The position numbers were made by a program, and so were the translations under genes. The notes under the pieces are model-generated. The model saw only the letters and a list, made by a program, of their open reading frames with translations, was not told the origin of the DNA and did not search any database. From Acidobacteriota bacterium (GTDB taxonomy: Bacteria > Acidobacteriota > Vicinamibacteria > Vicinamibacterales > CAVVIG01), in the NCBI GenBank assembly GCA_003222535.1, contig QHWJ01000238.1, positions 5,270 to 69,269 of the forward strand: a stretch of DNA of 64,000 bases, written 5' to 3'. Below, in pieces: positions 11,278 to 20,771 of this stretch. Position 1 is the stretch's first letter, and each line of letters opens with the position of its first letter.

Positions 11278-11971
11278 CTTTCTATTCTATATCCCGGCCC
11301 CGGCGGCTCAATCGCCGGACGCCCTGTACGCCGGCCGGGCCGACATCGCCAGCGCGCGCCGCGCCGCCGACATGTGGGCCGCCACGCTGGCGGCCGATCC
11401 GCGAGATTTCGAAGCCGCGTGGAAGCTCGCGCGAGCAGACTACTGGCTCGGGGGCCACGCACCCGACCGCGAACGGCGCGCGTTTCTCGAGCACGGCATC
11501 GAGGCCGGGAAAAAGGCCGTCGCGGTACAGCCGAACCGGCCGGAAGGACACTTCTGGATCGCGGCCAACATGGGCGCGCTCGCCGAATCGTTCGGCCTTC
11601 GCCAGGGACTCAAATACCGAAAACCGATCAAGGAGGAGCTCGACACCGTCCTCCGTCTGGACAAGCGGTTCCTCGACGGCTCCGCCGACCGCGCGCTGGG
11701 ACGCTGGTACTTCAAGGTGCCGCGCGTGTTCGGCGGCAGCGCAAAGCTCGCCGAAGCGCATCTGCGCGCGTCGCTGACGTACGACCCGGCCGGCACGGCG
11801 TCACATTTCTTCCTTGCCGAGCTGTTGCTGGATCAAGGCCGAACCGACGAAGCGCGCGCCGAGCTGCAAAAGGTGCTCGACGCACCCCTCAATCCGGCGT
11901 GGGAGCCCGAGGGCCGGGACTTCAAGGAAAAGGCACGGAAGATTCTCGCAAGTCTGAAGTCTGAAGTCTGA
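11120..11971 (+). CDS. TPR-like protein (resembles TatT-family helical repeat proteins); start uncertain
   Basis: ORF 11120..11971. The body has helical-repeat character ([41 protein letters not shown]). The first 158 nt overlap the folE 5' end on the opposite strand. The next in-frame ATG is at 11372, so the true start is unresolved. Confidence 0.5.
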   Translation: MNRALFTTWSMSAPYPLVRNLYAFSTRFGVLRRPSRSGSSPRSASSFLITSCIFLFYIPAPAAQSPDALYAGRADIASARRAADMWAATLAADPRDFEAAWKLARADYWLGGHAPDRERRAFLEHGIEAGKKAVAVQPNRPEGHFWIAANMGALAESFGLRQGLKYRKPIKEELDTVLRLDKRFLDGSADRALGRWYFKVPRVFGGSAKLAEAHLRASLTYDPAGTASHFFLAELLLDQGRTDEARAELQKVLDAPLNPAWEPEGRDFKEKARKILASLKSEV

Positions 11972-12001
11972 AGTCAGACTTCAGACTTCAAACTTCAGAC
12001 T
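11951..12001. terminator. Near-perfect palindrome of 7-nt units (AGTCTGA)n/(CTTCAGA)n
   Basis: The sequence agtctgaagtctgaagtctgaagtcagacttcagacttcaaacttcagactt is centred near 11976. Both convergent genes (stops at 11971 and 12002) terminate inside or at the edge of it. Confidence 0.7.
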
Positions 12002-12856
12002 TCATACTTCATACTTGTAAAAGCCTCGTCCGCTTTTTCGACCGAGGCGCCCAGCCAACACCATGCGTTTCAGCAGCGGCGGCGGCGCGTACGCCGGCTC
12101 GCGGAACTCCTCGAACATGATGTTCGCGATGTAGTACGTGGTGTCGAGGCCGACGAAGTCGAGCAGCGTGAACGGCCCCATCGGGTAGCCGCAGCCGAGC
12201 GTCATCCCCTTGTCGATGTCTTCGAGCGCGCCCAGGCCGTTCTCGTATGCGCGGATCGCATCGAGCAGATACGGCACCAGCAGCCGGTTGACGATGAAGC
12301 CCGGGCGATCGGGCGCCGTGATCGGCTCCTTCCCAAGCGACTCCGCAAAGGCGAACACGGTCTGATACGTCTCGTCGCTCGTCGTCAGGGCCCGGATCAC
12401 CTCGACCAGTTTCATGAGCGGGACCGGGTTGAAGAAATGCAGGCCGCCGAACCTGTCCGGCCGGGTCGTCGTGGCCGCGAGCTCTGTGATGCAAAGCGAC
12501 GAGGTGTTGGACACGAAGATGGTGCGGTCGTTGACGATCTTTTCGAGCGCCGTATAGGTCTGCTGCTTCTCCTCGAGGTTTTCGACGATCGCCTCGATGA
12601 CGAGATCGCAGTCCTTCAGTGCGTCGAAGGTCGTCGACCCGGACATATTGCCGAGCGTGGTGTCGCGCGCGCCGGCCGTCACCTTCCCCTTCGCGACGCC
12701 TTCGTCCAGAAACTTCTTGATGCGGCCGAGCCCTTTGTTCAGAAACGTCTCGTCCACTTCGCGAACGATCGTCTTGTAGCCGGCCGCCGCACACACCTGC
12801 GCGATCCCCGAACCCATCAGGCCGCAGCCCAACACGCCAACCGTCTTGATCTCCAT
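12002..12856 (-). CDS. hbd: 3-hydroxybutyryl-CoA / 3-hydroxyacyl-CoA dehydrogenase
   Basis: 284 aa with the NAD-binding motif VGVLGCGLMGSGIAQV, a SNTSSL motif and a C-terminal 3HCDH domain (GRKSGRGFY). Confidence 0.9.
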   Translation of the reverse strand: MEIKTVGVLGCGLMGSGIAQVCAAAGYKTIVREVDETFLNKGLGRIKKFLDEGVAKGKVTAGARDTTLGNMSGSTTFDALKDCDLVIEAIVENLEEKQQTYTALEKIVNDRTIFVSNTSSLCITELAATTTRPDRFGGLHFFNPVPLMKLVEVIRALTTSDETYQTVFAFAESLGKEPITAPDRPGFIVNRLLVPYLLDAIRAYENGLGALEDIDKGMTLGCGYPMGPFTLLDFVGLDTTYYIANIMFEEFREPAYAPPPLLKRMVLAGRLGRKSGRGFYKYEV

Positions 12857-12868
12857 CGTTGCCCTTAC

Positions 12869-12948
12869 GGTCCGCCTGAGGCGGACACTACGCGGTCGCT
12901 GAGAGTCCCCCTTCGTACGTGGCGTCCGGCTTCAGCCGGACGCCACGT
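12869..12948. repeat. Two REP-like hairpins (GGTCCGCCTGAGGCGGACACTACG and ACGTGGCGTCCGGC-TTCA-GCCGGACGCCACGT)
   Basis: The 14-bp-stem hairpin at 12917..12948 has its loop providing the stop codon of the upstream dehydrogenase ORF (end 12932). The family consensus GGTCCGGCTGAAGCCGGACAC recurs at 16770, 18130, 36362, 44489 and 44588. Confidence 0.75.
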
Positions 12949-14014
12949 CCGCCCGGTCAGGGCCGGATTTTCGCACGTGTGACGCAATATAGTCGCCTGT
13001 TTCACGCGTGCCGAGTGAGCCGCCGATCTCTTTCGTCCCGTTCCCGGTGACGACCGCGTCCTGCACGGCCGCTTCGATCGCGGCCGCTTCCTGTTTGAGC
13101 CCGAGAGACTCCAGCATGAGCGCGGCCGAGAGGATCGCGCCGATCGGATTGGCGACATTCTTCCCGGCAAGCGGCGGGGCCGACCCATGCACCGGCTCGA
13201 ACATCGATGTGCGGCCGGGATGGAGGTTGCCGGACGCCGCCAGGCCGAGGCCGCCCTGCAGCGCGGCCCCCAGGTCGGTAATGATGTCGCCGAAGAGGTT
13301 GTTGGTGACGATCACGTCGAATTGGGCCGGGTTCTGCACCATCAGCAGCACGAGGGCATCGATGTAGAGATGACGGGCCTCGACGCCGGGGTACTGCGGC
13401 GCCACTTCCTTGAGGACACGCTGCCACAAGGCATGACCCTGGGTCATCGCGTTGCTCTTGTCCGCCATGCACACGCGGCGCCGGCCGGTCGCCTTCGCGA
13501 ACTCGAAGGCGTGCTTCACGATCCGGTGCACGCCCTTGTACGTATTCAGCTCTTCCTGAATCGACACTTCATCGTTGGTCCCGGCCTTGAAGCGTCCGCC
13601 GATCCCGACATACAGGCCCTCGGTATTCTCGCGGAACACGACGAAGTTCACGTCCGCCACCGACCGATCCTTCAGCGGACAGAGCCGCGCGTCGAGCAGC
13701 TTGACCGGCCGGTAGTTGACGTAGAGATCGAGCTCGAACCGAATGCCGAGCAGGATGTCGCGCGCGTGCCGGTTGTCGGGCACGCGTGGATCACCGAGCG
13801 CGCCGATGAAGATCGCGTCGAAGTCGTCGCGCAGCATCGCGTAGCCGTTGGGCGGCATCGTGATGCCGGTCCGCAGGAAATGATCGGCGCTCCAGGGCAG
13901 CTTCTCGATATCGAACCGGTGCCCGAAGACGTCCCCGACCGCGCGCACGGCTTCGACCGCTTCCGCCGTCGTCTCGATGCCGATGCCGTCGCCGGGGATG
14001 ACAGCTATACGCAT
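12932..14014 (-). CDS. Isocitrate/isopropylmalate dehydrogenase family enzyme, tartrate / D-malate dehydrogenase (DmlA/TtuC)-like
   Basis: 360 aa with MRIAVIPGDGIG, VVFRENTEGLY, NLFGDIITDLGAAL and FEPVHGSAPPLAGKNVANP. The pattern is closer to DmlA/TtuC than to LeuB, from memory. Confidence 0.8.
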   Translation of the reverse strand: MRIAVIPGDGIGIETTAEAVEAVRAVGDVFGHRFDIEKLPWSADHFLRTGITMPPNGYAMLRDDFDAIFIGALGDPRVPDNRHARDILLGIRFELDLYVNYRPVKLLDARLCPLKDRSVADVNFVVFRENTEGLYVGIGGRFKAGTNDEVSIQEELNTYKGVHRIVKHAFEFAKATGRRRVCMADKSNAMTQGHALWQRVLKEVAPQYPGVEARHLYIDALVLLMVQNPAQFDVIVTNNLFGDIITDLGAALQGGLGLAASGNLHPGRTSMFEPVHGSAPPLAGKNVANPIGAILSAALMLESLGLKQEAAAIEAAVQDAVVTGNGTKEIGGSLGTRETGDYIASHVRKSGPDRADVASG

Positions 14015-14016
14015 CT

Positions 14017-14085
14017 GGTAATCGGGTAATCGGGTAATCGGGTAATTGATTGGTTAATTGATCGGGTCATTGATCGGGAATCGGC
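14017..14085. repeat. Octamer tandem array (GGTAATCG x3, then degenerate)
   Basis: The sequence ggtaatcgggtaatcgggtaatcgggtaattgattggttaattgatcgggtcattgatcgggaatcgg fills the spacer between two co-directional genes. Confidence 0.7.
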
Positions 14086-14120
14086 TGGCCGGCACATCGT
14101 GCCCACCTGTCTCACCGCCC

Positions 14121-15638
<1,518 letters not shown>

Positions 15639-15855
15639 TGAGAGTGCCGTACTGTGGACATCGGCTGCAACATCGTGGCGAAATGCCTCAGACACAGTGG
15701 CTTACGGATTCGGCTTGGATCCAAACTCTCGGGGTCAGCCGGAACGGGAACCTCAGGTGGGAGGGAGAATTGGGCGCAATATGCTTGAGTTTCCAGCGAG
15801 CGACGGTGGCATGAATCCTGAAGTACCGCCTGGTGTCCGAGGAGATGGACCAGCG

Positions 15856-16254
15856 ATGATGACCAACGTTGCAGCCACCACCGATTGCCTCCTGAACACC
15901 CCTCCCGCGGCGAACGCGCTGAAAGTGGTGATCGTCAACGGCAACCCGGAGATGCTCGAGCTGCTCGACACGATGCTCGCCGCCGGTCACTACGACGTCG
16001 TCTTCGTCGAGTCGAGCGAGCACGCGTATTCGCAGATCAAGCGGGTGCAGCCGAACCTCGTCATCCTGTGTGTCCGGATCGACGACGCCGAAGGATTTCA
16101 GGTGCTGTCGATGCTGAAGCTGGATGATGAGACCAGGGGGATTCCGGTGCTGACGTATACGACCGAATACGAGGGCCGGGAAACGGAAGAAGAGCTCCTC
16201 GAGCGCTCCGAGACCGAGTTGTTCTCGGCCAAGGCCGCGGTCTGGATGAACTGA
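15856..16254 (+). CDS. Receiver-like (pseudo-receiver) domain protein
   Basis: This is the C-terminal part of ORF 15529..16254. The start is chosen at the ATG at 15856, with GGAG 11 nt upstream; alternatives are 15781 and 15811. It has a CheY-like topology (LKVVIVNGNPEMLELLDTML..PNLVILCVRIDDAEGFQVL..IPVLTYT), but the acidic pocket reads NG and the phospho-acceptor position reads C. Confidence 0.55.
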   Translation: MMTNVAATTDCLLNTPPAANALKVVIVNGNPEMLELLDTMLAAGHYDVVFVESSEHAYSQIKRVQPNLVILCVRIDDAEGFQVLSMLKLDDETRGIPVLTYTTEYEGRETEEELLERSETELFSAKAAVWMN

Positions 16255-16278
16255 ATGGTGTTATAGTCGCGCCGGATC

Positions 16279-16653
16279 ATGGACGACTTAGAGGCCGTCG
16301 TTGGGCCCCGCGGAAACAACACGCGGGATGCAGAGCGTATTGAGATACTCGGCGAGCTCCACGGCGAAGTGATGGTCTTCCAGTCGATGGCGATCAAGGA
16401 AATCAGCCGCGCCGGCGCGCAGATTGAAACCGGGTTTCCTCTCCAGCTCGATTGCCTTCACGATTTTCGGCTGACGCTCGGCGATCGCTCCGTCGTCGTC
16501 AAGGGCCGCGTCGTGCACTGCAGCATCACCGAGGTCGAGCAGGAGCTGGTGCTCTACCGATCGGGGCTCGAGTTCATCGAGCCGTCCGACGGCGTGTCCA
16601 CGGTCATCTCGGAGTTCATCGACGCCATCAAAAACGGCCGGCGCGCGCTGTAG
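16279..16653 (+). CDS. PilZ-like domain protein (variant motifs)
   Basis: 124 aa. TRDAER (RxxxR) is followed about 25 residues later by EISRAGAQI, a variant of (D/N)xSxxG, and then a beta-barrel-like alternating pattern. Confidence 0.55.
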   Translation: MDDLEAVVGPRGNNTRDAERIEILGELHGEVMVFQSMAIKEISRAGAQIETGFPLQLDCLHDFRLTLGDRSVVVKGRVVHCSITEVEQELVLYRSGLEFIEPSDGVSTVISEFIDAIKNGRRAL

Positions 16654-16769
16654 CGATGAACGTCGCCCCCGCAGAGATCTCCAAAGACTTGACGGCTGAA
16701 AGGCTCGCCCTTCATCGCTCGCCTGAAGGCTTCGCGCTCCGCTGATGATGTCCTCGGCGTTCCTCGGTC

Positions 16770-16795
16770 GTGTCCGGCTTCAGCCGGACCGTGGT
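16770..16795. repeat. REP hairpin copy (reverse orientation)
   Basis: The sequence cgtgtccggcttcagccggaccgtgg lies immediately downstream of the M28 peptidase stop (16800). Confidence 0.75.
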
Positions 16796-16799
16796 GCCG

Positions 16800-18284
16800 T
16801 CAGTTCTGCTGCCCCGTTCGGACGGGCGTGTTCGCACGCGGCGGCGTGACGTAAGCCGTCACGAAGCTTTCGTGTCCGCCAGGGTCGACCGCAGCGACGC
16901 CGAAAACGTAGTCGTCGATCTGCATGTTGGGCAGAACCAGGTTGGTGACGTTGCCAACCAGCAGCTCATGCTGCCAGTCGGGGCCCCAGGCCTCGCGCCA
17001 GAAAATTCTGTACGCCGCCGCCCCCTGTACCGCATTCCATTTCAAGTTCGCATCGTAGCCGGACGGCGCGCGCGAGATCAGCGGCTGATTGCGGTCGCCC
17101 AGCACGCTCGGGGGCGGGGGCGCCAGCGCGAGCGTCGCGGCGGCGGCCGCGTTGACGCGCGCGTTCTGAGCGAGATACGGCAGCGAGATGCCTTCGTAGG
17201 TATCGCGCACGTCGTGCTGGCGAGTGAAGTTCTCCCGCGACTCCCGGAAGCCGACCGCGGTGAATCCGAGCTGGTTGTACGCCGAGTGGTCTCCACCGCG
17301 GCCGAACCGATCGGGACGCGCCATCGGACGCACTCTGTGCGACGGCACGTAGCGTCCGCCCCACCGCTGGACGAACCGGGCCAGCTCCCGCGACGGCGAA
17401 TCCTCGGGGCCTTCCGAATAGACGCGAATCGTCGCGCCGTCGACGATCCCGTTTCCACCGCGATCGCCACCGACGATGTCGTTGTTGAGAACCGCTTCGA
17501 TGGGAATCCTTTCGGCGACCGCTTTCTGCGCGTGCAGCCGCGCGCCCAGGAGCCCCTGCTCTTCGCCCACGTGGCACATGAACACGAGCGTCGCGTCGAA
17601 GTCGATGCCGCTCTGGCTGAAAATGCGCGCCAGTTCCATGGTCAACGCCGTACCGCTGCCGTCGTCGTTGACGCCGGGCGCGAGGTTGTCGAGCGGCGCG
17701 TTGGGATCGGCTGGCGCCGCCGCCGGCGCGTCGGGATCGCGCGGCGCGCCGCCCGCATTGGCGGCGCCCTGTCCGCCCGGACGAGCCACCGTGTCGTAGT
17801 GGCCGCTGACGTAGATTCGCCGCAGGCTTCGGCCCGGCAGAATCGCCATGACGTTGCGCATCTCGACGTTGCGCGTTACCCGGCCCTGCGGCGGGACCTG
17901 ATAGGTGTCGAAGCTGACCTTCAAATGCGGGTTGTAACTCGACATCTCGGTGAGGATCCATTGGCGCGCCGCCCCTATCCCGCGCGTCGTCGAGGTCGTC
18001 GACGAAAGCGAGCTGCGGGTCTCGAAGCTCTCGAGCTTCTTCAGAATGGCACCGAGACGCTCCTCCGACACCGTGCCGACGAGCTTGACGATCCGCGGAT
18101 CGAGATCGCCCGCGACGTCCTGCGCCGCCACGGTCCGGCTGAAGCCGGACACTACCGACACGACAACCGCCGTCAGCAGCGCCGCGCAGAAGCCGGTCGC
18201 GCGCGCGCACACCGAACCGTCGCCCGTCGCAGCGTCGCACCTCGCACTGTCGCACCCCGCACCTTCGCACGTCGTTCCAGTCAT
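16800..18284 (-). CDS. M28 family metallopeptidase with C-terminal FN3-like domain
   Basis: 494 aa with the M28 motifs GHYDTV, NDDGSGTALTMELARIF, HVGEEQGLLGA and NNDIVGG. The C-terminus (NLKWNAVQGAAAYRIFWR) is FN3-like. The ATG at 18284 overlaps the upstream stop (ATGA). Confidence 0.85.
   Translation of the reverse strand: MTGTTCEGAGCDSARCDAATGDGSVCARATGFCAALLTAVVVSVVSGFSRTVAAQDVAGDLDPRIVKLVGTVSEERLGAILKKLESFETRSSLSSTTSTTRGIGAARQWILTEMSSYNPHLKVSFDTYQVPPQGRVTRNVEMRNVMAILPGRSLRRIYVSGHYDTVARPGGQGAANAGGAPRDPDAPAAAPADPNAPLDNLAPGVNDDGSGTALTMELARIFSQSGIDFDATLVFMCHVGEEQGLLGARLHAQKAVAERIPIEAVLNNDIVGGDRGGNGIVDGATIRVYSEGPEDSPSRELARFVQRWGGRYVPSHRVRPMARPDRFGRGGDHSAYNQLGFTAVGFRESRENFTRQHDVRDTYEGISLPYLAQNARVNAAAAATLALAPPPPSVLGDRNQPLISRAPSGYDANLKWNAVQGAAAYRIFWREAWGPDWQHELLVGNVTNLVLPNMQIDDYVFGVAAVDPGGHESFVTAYVTPPRANTPVRTGQQN
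18130..18157. repeat. REP hairpin copy inside the M28 peptidase signal-peptide coding region
   Basis: The sequence cacggtccggctgaagccggacactacc is translated on the minus strand as VVSGFSRTV, within FCAALLTAVVVSVVSGFSRTVAAQD. Confidence 0.75.
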
Positions 18285-18685
18285 CCCTTCACCTTCAGGT
18301 GTTCGAGGTAGTCTCCCGATTCGATCCGCTGCGCGCGGCCGAGCGGGGCATTGTAGAAGTACGCCCAGGCGGTGGCGACGTGGCCGTCATCGAAGGTGAC
18401 GGACGTCTCGGTGCGCGTGTAAAGGCTTGAATCCGCGTCGCCCGATCGAAAGCCCTCGATCTCGTCCAATACCGCCAGCACCACGTCGGGATCCAGCATG
18501 CGATGCACTTCGCCCCGGACACGGCTGTCGAACGCGGGGACCGCCGCAGGAAAGATCCCGAGATCGAAGAGCGTCGCATGAATCCAGCCGCGGCCTTCCG
18601 GCGTCAGCTTGGCGTCGATGCGCGAACGGCCCGGCCGTTCGAAGCCGCTCATGAGCGTGCCGTAGAAAAAAACGAGATCCGTCAT
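18281..18685 (-). CDS. Gamma-glutamylcyclotransferase (AIG2/GGACT-like) family protein
   Basis: 134 aa with the N-terminal signature LVFFYGTLMSG and a central catalytic-type Glu region (LDEIEGF). Confidence 0.8.
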   Translation of the reverse strand: MTDLVFFYGTLMSGFERPGRSRIDAKLTPEGRGWIHATLFDLGIFPAAVPAFDSRVRGEVHRMLDPDVVLAVLDEIEGFRSGDADSSLYTRTETSVTFDDGHVATAWAYFYNAPLGRAQRIESGDYLEHLKVKG

Positions 18686-18793
18686 GGGCGGAAAATGATG
18701 GAACGTGGGCGTCGCTGGCGAGGAGTGTAGGGGGGCGGCCGGAAGGCGTCAAGCGCGCGCCCTCCGGCTGAGACAAACGCTCACGCCAATGCG

Positions 18794-19852
18794 CTAATGC
18801 GCGGGTTTGAAACCCTTGTTGGTGACCGCGCCAATCACGTCGAACACCTCGGCGGGCACCGAGAAGGACAACGCGACCGTCCTGCCAGTGCCACCGAGCT
18901 CGAGCGATTGCATCATCAGCTGCAGCTCGGGCCTCGAACCGGCGCTCATCTTCGCGAGCGCCAGGAAGCCGCGTACGACATCACGCAGGTTGGTCGCAGC
19001 TTCGTCGTCGCGCGCTTCCGCGCGCACGACGCCGCGGATGCCGCCGTTGATGTGACCGCTTGCCGAAAACCAGGTGATCGCGGGCAGCCGGCTCGAGATC
19101 GCCTCGGGAAGACGCGTGTGTGCGGTCAGCGCGTCGAAGCGGCCGACCGCCCAGACGTTGCCGCTGTCCATCTCGCGCACGAGGTTCATCAGAGCGTCGT
19201 TGCCGGTCACGCTTTCGAGGCCGGTCCGCGGGTTGTTGCCGGCGCGGTGCAGATCGACTGCGGACCGGATCAGCTTCGTGCTGCCAATCGCGGCCAGTCC
19301 CGGCTCGATGAAGGACAGCGACAGGCTGGCGGAATGGCCGTGCGCGGCGATGTCGCCAGCGCCGGCGTCCACCAGATCTTTGGGGTCCGCCACGATGAGA
19401 CGCTTGCCGTTGTAGTTCTCGACGTGCGCGCCGTGATCCCGCATCAACGCTTCGATCTTCACTTCGTCGAAGCGGCCCCGCGCCAGCACCATTCCCGCGC
19501 CCGGAGTGTTCGTGCCATCACGATCCGGATAGAGGCACGCGACGACCCGGTCGACGTCGGTTTCGAGATTGATCCCGGTCTGGTTCTGAAGTTCCTGCTG
19601 CCCGTTTTCCTGCATCGGCAGGGCGCGGTGAAGCTTCTGGCGCAGCTCCGAGGTCATGATCTCGTGCACGTTCGCGAACGCGATGGCCGCGGCGTCCCGC
19701 GGGACGTAAGCAAGCTCTTCGGGACCTCCCTGGCGGCCGAGCGCGCCGGCGGGGAACCCGACGTAGTAGGCGACCAGCCCGGTGCCCAGGCCCACGCCCA
19801 GGACCAACACCGAGACAATCACGAAATACCGGGTCCTTGTAGTCATGGACAC
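18794..19852 (-). CDS. Hypothetical membrane-anchored protein (last gene of the ABC operon)
   Basis: 352 aa with a single N-terminal TM helix (YFVIVSVLVLGVGLGTGLVAYYVGF). No recognisable domain. Confidence 0.55.
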   Translation of the reverse strand: MSMTTRTRYFVIVSVLVLGVGLGTGLVAYYVGFPAGALGRQGGPEELAYVPRDAAAIAFANVHEIMTSELRQKLHRALPMQENGQQELQNQTGINLETDVDRVVACLYPDRDGTNTPGAGMVLARGRFDEVKIEALMRDHGAHVENYNGKRLIVADPKDLVDAGAGDIAAHGHSASLSLSFIEPGLAAIGSTKLIRSAVDLHRAGNNPRTGLESVTGNDALMNLVREMDSGNVWAVGRFDALTAHTRLPEAISSRLPAITWFSASGHINGGIRGVVRAEARDDEAATNLRDVVRGFLALAKMSAGSRPELQLMMQSLELGGTGRTVALSFSVPAEVFDVIGAVTNKGFKPAH

Positions 19853-19922
19853 AGCCTCAAAGTCCTATACGCTCGCAGCTTCCCGACAGTTCCCGCCGTC
19901 AGTCAATTATGAGGCCAATTGG

Positions 19923-20771
19923 TCATTGCTCGAGCACGTATTCACGCTCCTCGACCGCGCGGCCGGCGAGCCACAGGGTCAGGCCGACGATGACCGCCAG
20001 GCAGAGCAGGCTTGTCGAGACAGTCGGCACCTCGCGAAACACCTGCATCAGCATGCTGACCGCCGAATCCTGTGGCATCTCGTGCCTGACCAGCGCCTGC
20101 AGGTAATAGGCGACCGTCAGACGCTTGAGGTACCCGGGAAACAAGAGCACGGCCGGCTCCCATCCGAAGGCGAAGACGAGCCCCAGGACGAGCGGCCGCC
20201 TGAGCGTGGTGCCGACGAGGGCAAAGACCGCGCCGTACGCCGCAAGGCCGATGGCCAGCATCCCCAAATCGGCCACCAGGGACGGAAACGCTCCGGCGAT
20301 GGCGCCCTGTCCAGTCGGCACGACGAGAAAGAACACGAGCATCACCGACGGCAGTACCAACAGAACCGTGCACACGAGATACGCGAAGTACTTGCCGAGG
20401 AGGACGGCGCTCCGCGGAATCGGGCGTGTGAACAAGTAGGTGATGGTTTTGTCATCCACCTCGTCGGCGATGAGCGAGGTGCCGTAGAACACGCCAAGCA
20501 CGGGAACGATGAACCTGAGGTAGAGCAGCCAGATCATCATGCCGAAGATCGCGGATCCGCCCGCCTGCACGCCGTTGATCTTCAGGCCCGACGCGTAGAG
20601 CGTGGCGGCGATCCGAAGGGCGGACGCGAGCAGCACCGGCCCGCCGAGGAGCACGCCGAGAAACACCGAGCGGCGCGACCACAACATCTGACCGAGCGAC
20701 AGATCGAACACCCGTCCCGCGGATGAGAGCAGGCCGGGCGCCCCTTCGGCGGGTCTGGCTGGCTGCGTCAT
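19923..20771 (-). CDS. ABC-2 type transporter permease
   Basis: This is the C-terminal 282 aa of ORF 19923..21656, starting at the ATG at 20771 (MTQPARPAEG..). It has six or more hydrophobic segments. The start overlaps the upstream stop (ATGA at 20768-20771). The upstream part of the long ORF is an Arg-rich out-of-frame artefact. Confidence 0.8.
   Translation of the reverse strand: MTQPARPAEGAPGLLSSAGRVFDLSLGQMLWSRRSVFLGVLLGGPVLLASALRIAATLYASGLKINGVQAGGSAIFGMMIWLLYLRFIVPVLGVFYGTSLIADEVDDKTITYLFTRPIPRSAVLLGKYFAYLVCTVLLVLPSVMLVFFLVVPTGQGAIAGAFPSLVADLGMLAIGLAAYGAVFALVGTTLRRPLVLGLVFAFGWEPAVLLFPGYLKRLTVAYYLQALVRHEMPQDSAVSMLMQVFREVPTVSTSLLCLAVIVGLTLWLAGRAVEEREYVLEQ

Noticed and set aside
15845-15859. 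Four-codon uORF (ATGGACCAGCGATGA) overlapping the proposed start of the pseudo-receiver gene.
   Set aside because: The SD-like GAGGAG abuts this ATG with no spacing, and the arrangement is most simply coincidental. There is no supporting evidence.
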